A DNA stretch of 64,000 nt, taken from the NCBI RefSeq assembly GCF_044704955.1, contig NC_091999.1:38192001-38256000 (forward strand), given 5' to 3'. Source of the DNA: Pristiophorus japonicus. Its lineage: Eukaryota. A model generated the notes under the pieces. It saw only the letters and a list, made by a program, of their open reading frames with translations. It was not told the DNA's origin and made no database searches. Of the stretch, positions 61,560-64,000 are shown one piece after another (within the stretch, counting starts at the first letter, position 1; each line of letters begins with the position of its first letter). The position numbers and the translations under genes were made by a program.

Positions 61560-64000
61560 ACCAAATTAGATTTGCCCCTGACCCATTGGACCGTCAATTT
61601 ACAAATAGAGGGTGGGGGATATCAGAAAGCAACCCTAAGTGAGATGGCGTTGTTAGAAGTACAGAGGTAATGCTACCTGCCCAGTTTTGGTGCTGTCAGA
61701 ATACAGAAGACAACATATTGGGCATGGATACATTAAGGGAGATAGGGGTACTGATAGATCCTCAGCATAACCGGATAATTTTGGGGGACAAGCACGAAAA
61801 CTGAATTAAGTTCGAACACCCGGGACACCAGCAGCAACGAGTGGTAGGAACAACCATAATCCAACGCGAGTGGGAAACAAAGGCTGTATGGGGTAGCGTG
61901 TGCCAATTATACCCGACTCTGTGTGCACAATGCAAACAAAATTGTGGATTCGCAGAGATATCACCCATCAAAATTCCTGGACCCGAACACAAAGCTCACT
62001 GACAGTTCCAATTAACACCAGAAGCTGAGGTAGCAGTCTTCAGATAGGGCAAGAATTAGAGGAGCAAAGTGTATTGAAACATGTAATAGCCTCCATTAAT
62101 TCACCTGTGTGGCTGGTAAAGATACCCAACAAGTCTTACCGACTGACTATCGAATATACCGCCCTGAATAAGGTGACTTCCGGAAAACAGCCAATAGTGG
62201 CAAGTCCGGCCACAGTTTTTAATGGCTTGGATCCATAACATAAGATATTCACCATGCTGGTATAGCGAATGGAACTTGGACCATTCCGGTAGACAAAGAG
62301 TCCCAAGGAAAATTTGCCTTCACGGTAAAGGGAAAACAATACACATGGGCCAAACAATACACATTGGATTCAATAACAGCCCGAGCATATTTCATCGAAT
62401 ATTGTCAGGGATTTTGGAACCAGTAGAGTTAGGAAAAGGAAGGAGCGAAGTAACATATCTGGGATACATAATATCATAAGGGAAGAGACAGATGCCCGAG
62501 GACAGTAAGTAAGAAATTCAATCAATCCCCAGGCCGGGAACCGTGAAAGGAGTCAGGCAGGTACTAGGGTTATTCAACTACTGCAGAAATGTTATTCCTG
62601 AATATGCCAAGATGACCTAACCTATACAGAACCAGGTCAAAGGGTGGAAACCCTCCTAAGAGCCAGTAAACTGGGGCCTAGATCAAGAAACCGCATGTGT
62701 GCGGTTAAAACAAACTCTCACAAGTGCTCCAGCCCTGGGACTACCAGACCAGAATAGGCCCTACCACATTAACCATCATTATAACGCGGTGGTGATTCAA
62801 TTACATGGAGACAGGCATAGACCGTGGCATATTGCTCAGATAAACCGCAACCTGTAGCTGCAGGACTGTCCAGGTGCGTTGCTGCCCTCGACTGTGTGGC
62901 TTGGGCCATCAGAGTTAACGAAACAATAATAATGTAAGGATGCATTATTATACATACCCAGCATACCTTAGTAGAATTACTTAACAATGGAAGGTTAAAA
63001 ACGGTTTTCGATGAACAAAGGGCAAGATGGTAAATAACGCTCTCCCCCCTCCTCCCCTGCGGCCCCCCCACACCCCACCCAACGGTAACAATAATAAAAT
63101 ACGCCTGCAGGGTGGATCATTGCAGAGAGAGAGGAGCATCAGTGTAGCCCAACAGAGGAAGGTGAGGGAAGAAGTCAGGCAAGTGAAACCCCGCTTGAGG
63201 AGGCAGACATGGATCTATATGTAGATGGGTTTTGGTGCTATATCAATGGGACACCACAGACGGGATGGGCCGTGGTAGATCGCAGCGGACAGGTAAAAGG
63301 GGAAGGACGGTTAGAAGAGAATCTATCAGCTCAAGTGGTTGAATTAGTGGTTCTCACTGAGGCTCTGATGCTTGCTGGGGGAAAATGAGTAAACATCTAT
63401 ACAGACAGTCGATACGCGTTCGGAGTTATGCATGATTATATGATAGCCTGCAGCAGACGGGGATACATGACCTCAGAAGGAGGGCCGATTAAACATGTGG
63501 AGAATGTGAAACATCTCGTGGAAGCCTCCCTCCTACCCCAGGAGTGTGTGATAATAAAGATGAAAGCACACGTAAAAAATAATGATCAGTATGAACAAGG
63601 GAATGCATGGACAGATGAAGCAACCAACCGAGTGGCAGAGACAGGAAGCCCAAGGCGAGGCATGTACAATTGGACGAGAGGAAGTAAACATGCTTGAGGT
63701 ACAGGGAGAGGCCACTCCGCAGGAACAGAAGGGGTGGAAGCAGAGAGGGCCAAACAAGGGACCAACGGGATATGGAGAAAAGATGGGAATGTGGTGGCCC
63801 CATAATGCATCCAGGGGAGCCTATTAAATTTATACCACGGGTATGTCCATACAGGTAGAACCAACATGATAAGCTCGATGTCCAGATGCTGGTGGTGGAA
63901 GGGAATATCTAGAGATATAGAGGACCTCTGCAGAAGGTGCGTGATATGCGCAAAATACAACCCAGGGGGGAAAGTAAAGCTCAGAATGGGACATCAGCCC
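61560..64000 (+). pseudogene. Endogenous retrovirus pro-pol remnant (PR C-terminus, RT, tether, RNase H, integrase N-terminus; runs off window)
   Basis: NILGMD; NSPVWLVKIPNKSYRLTIEY; KFAFTVKGKQYTW; FNNSPSIFH; LGLFNYCR; LTSAPALGLPD; IYVDG..SAQVVEL..IYTDSRYAFG..KAH..GN; H..H..WWWKG..CRRCVIC. Confidence 0.9.

Larger units (their letters stand above)
56670..64000 (+). mobile_element. Degraded endogenous retrovirus, including a possible long 5' region
   Basis: gag-pol as above. The upstream 56.7-60.2 kb shares the A/purine-rich plus-strand bias and lacks LINE/SINE pieces, but no LTR or PBS was confirmed. Confidence 0.5.

Overview
This is eukaryotic DNA, almost certainly from a cartilaginous fish (elasmobranch). 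That is inferred from shark-type IgM exons, DeuSINE/SacSINE1-like SINEs and dense CR1 LINEs. From left to right: (1) 0.5-8.3 kb holds a minus-strand IgM heavy-chain constant-region pseudogene with a Cmu1 remnant, Cmu2, a frameshifted Cmu3, Cmu4 plus secretory tail, TM1 and TM2. No V/D/J is recognisable upstream. (2) 8.7-20.2 kb is a tandemly amplified, mostly decayed tRNA cluster (Leu-TAA, Asp-GTC, Ser-AGA). Its ~3.4 kb unit also carries a CR1 fragment and a SINE fragment. (3) 20.2-37.3 kb is nested retroelements: CR1 LINEs and a two-LTR Gypsy (Mag-like) element with 5-bp TSD, PBS and PPT, itself interrupted by a CR1. (4) 39-54.8 kb holds two divergently oriented, damaged C2H2 zinc-finger genes with paralogous CpG-island promoters, a solo LTR, and a 20-copy G-rich minisatellite carrying TATAAA plus nGAAnnTTCn. 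(5) ~57-64 kb is a degraded endogenous retrovirus (gag with two zinc knuckles, pro remnant, RT, RNase H, start of IN) of unusual type, preceded by ~3.5 kb of unexplained A-rich sequence. Most computed ORFs are artefacts of repeats or retroelement fragments. No intact host protein-coding gene is clearly supported, and no demonstrably new functional system can be established from the sequence alone. Family assignments rest on recalled motifs, not database searches, and TE boundaries are approximate.
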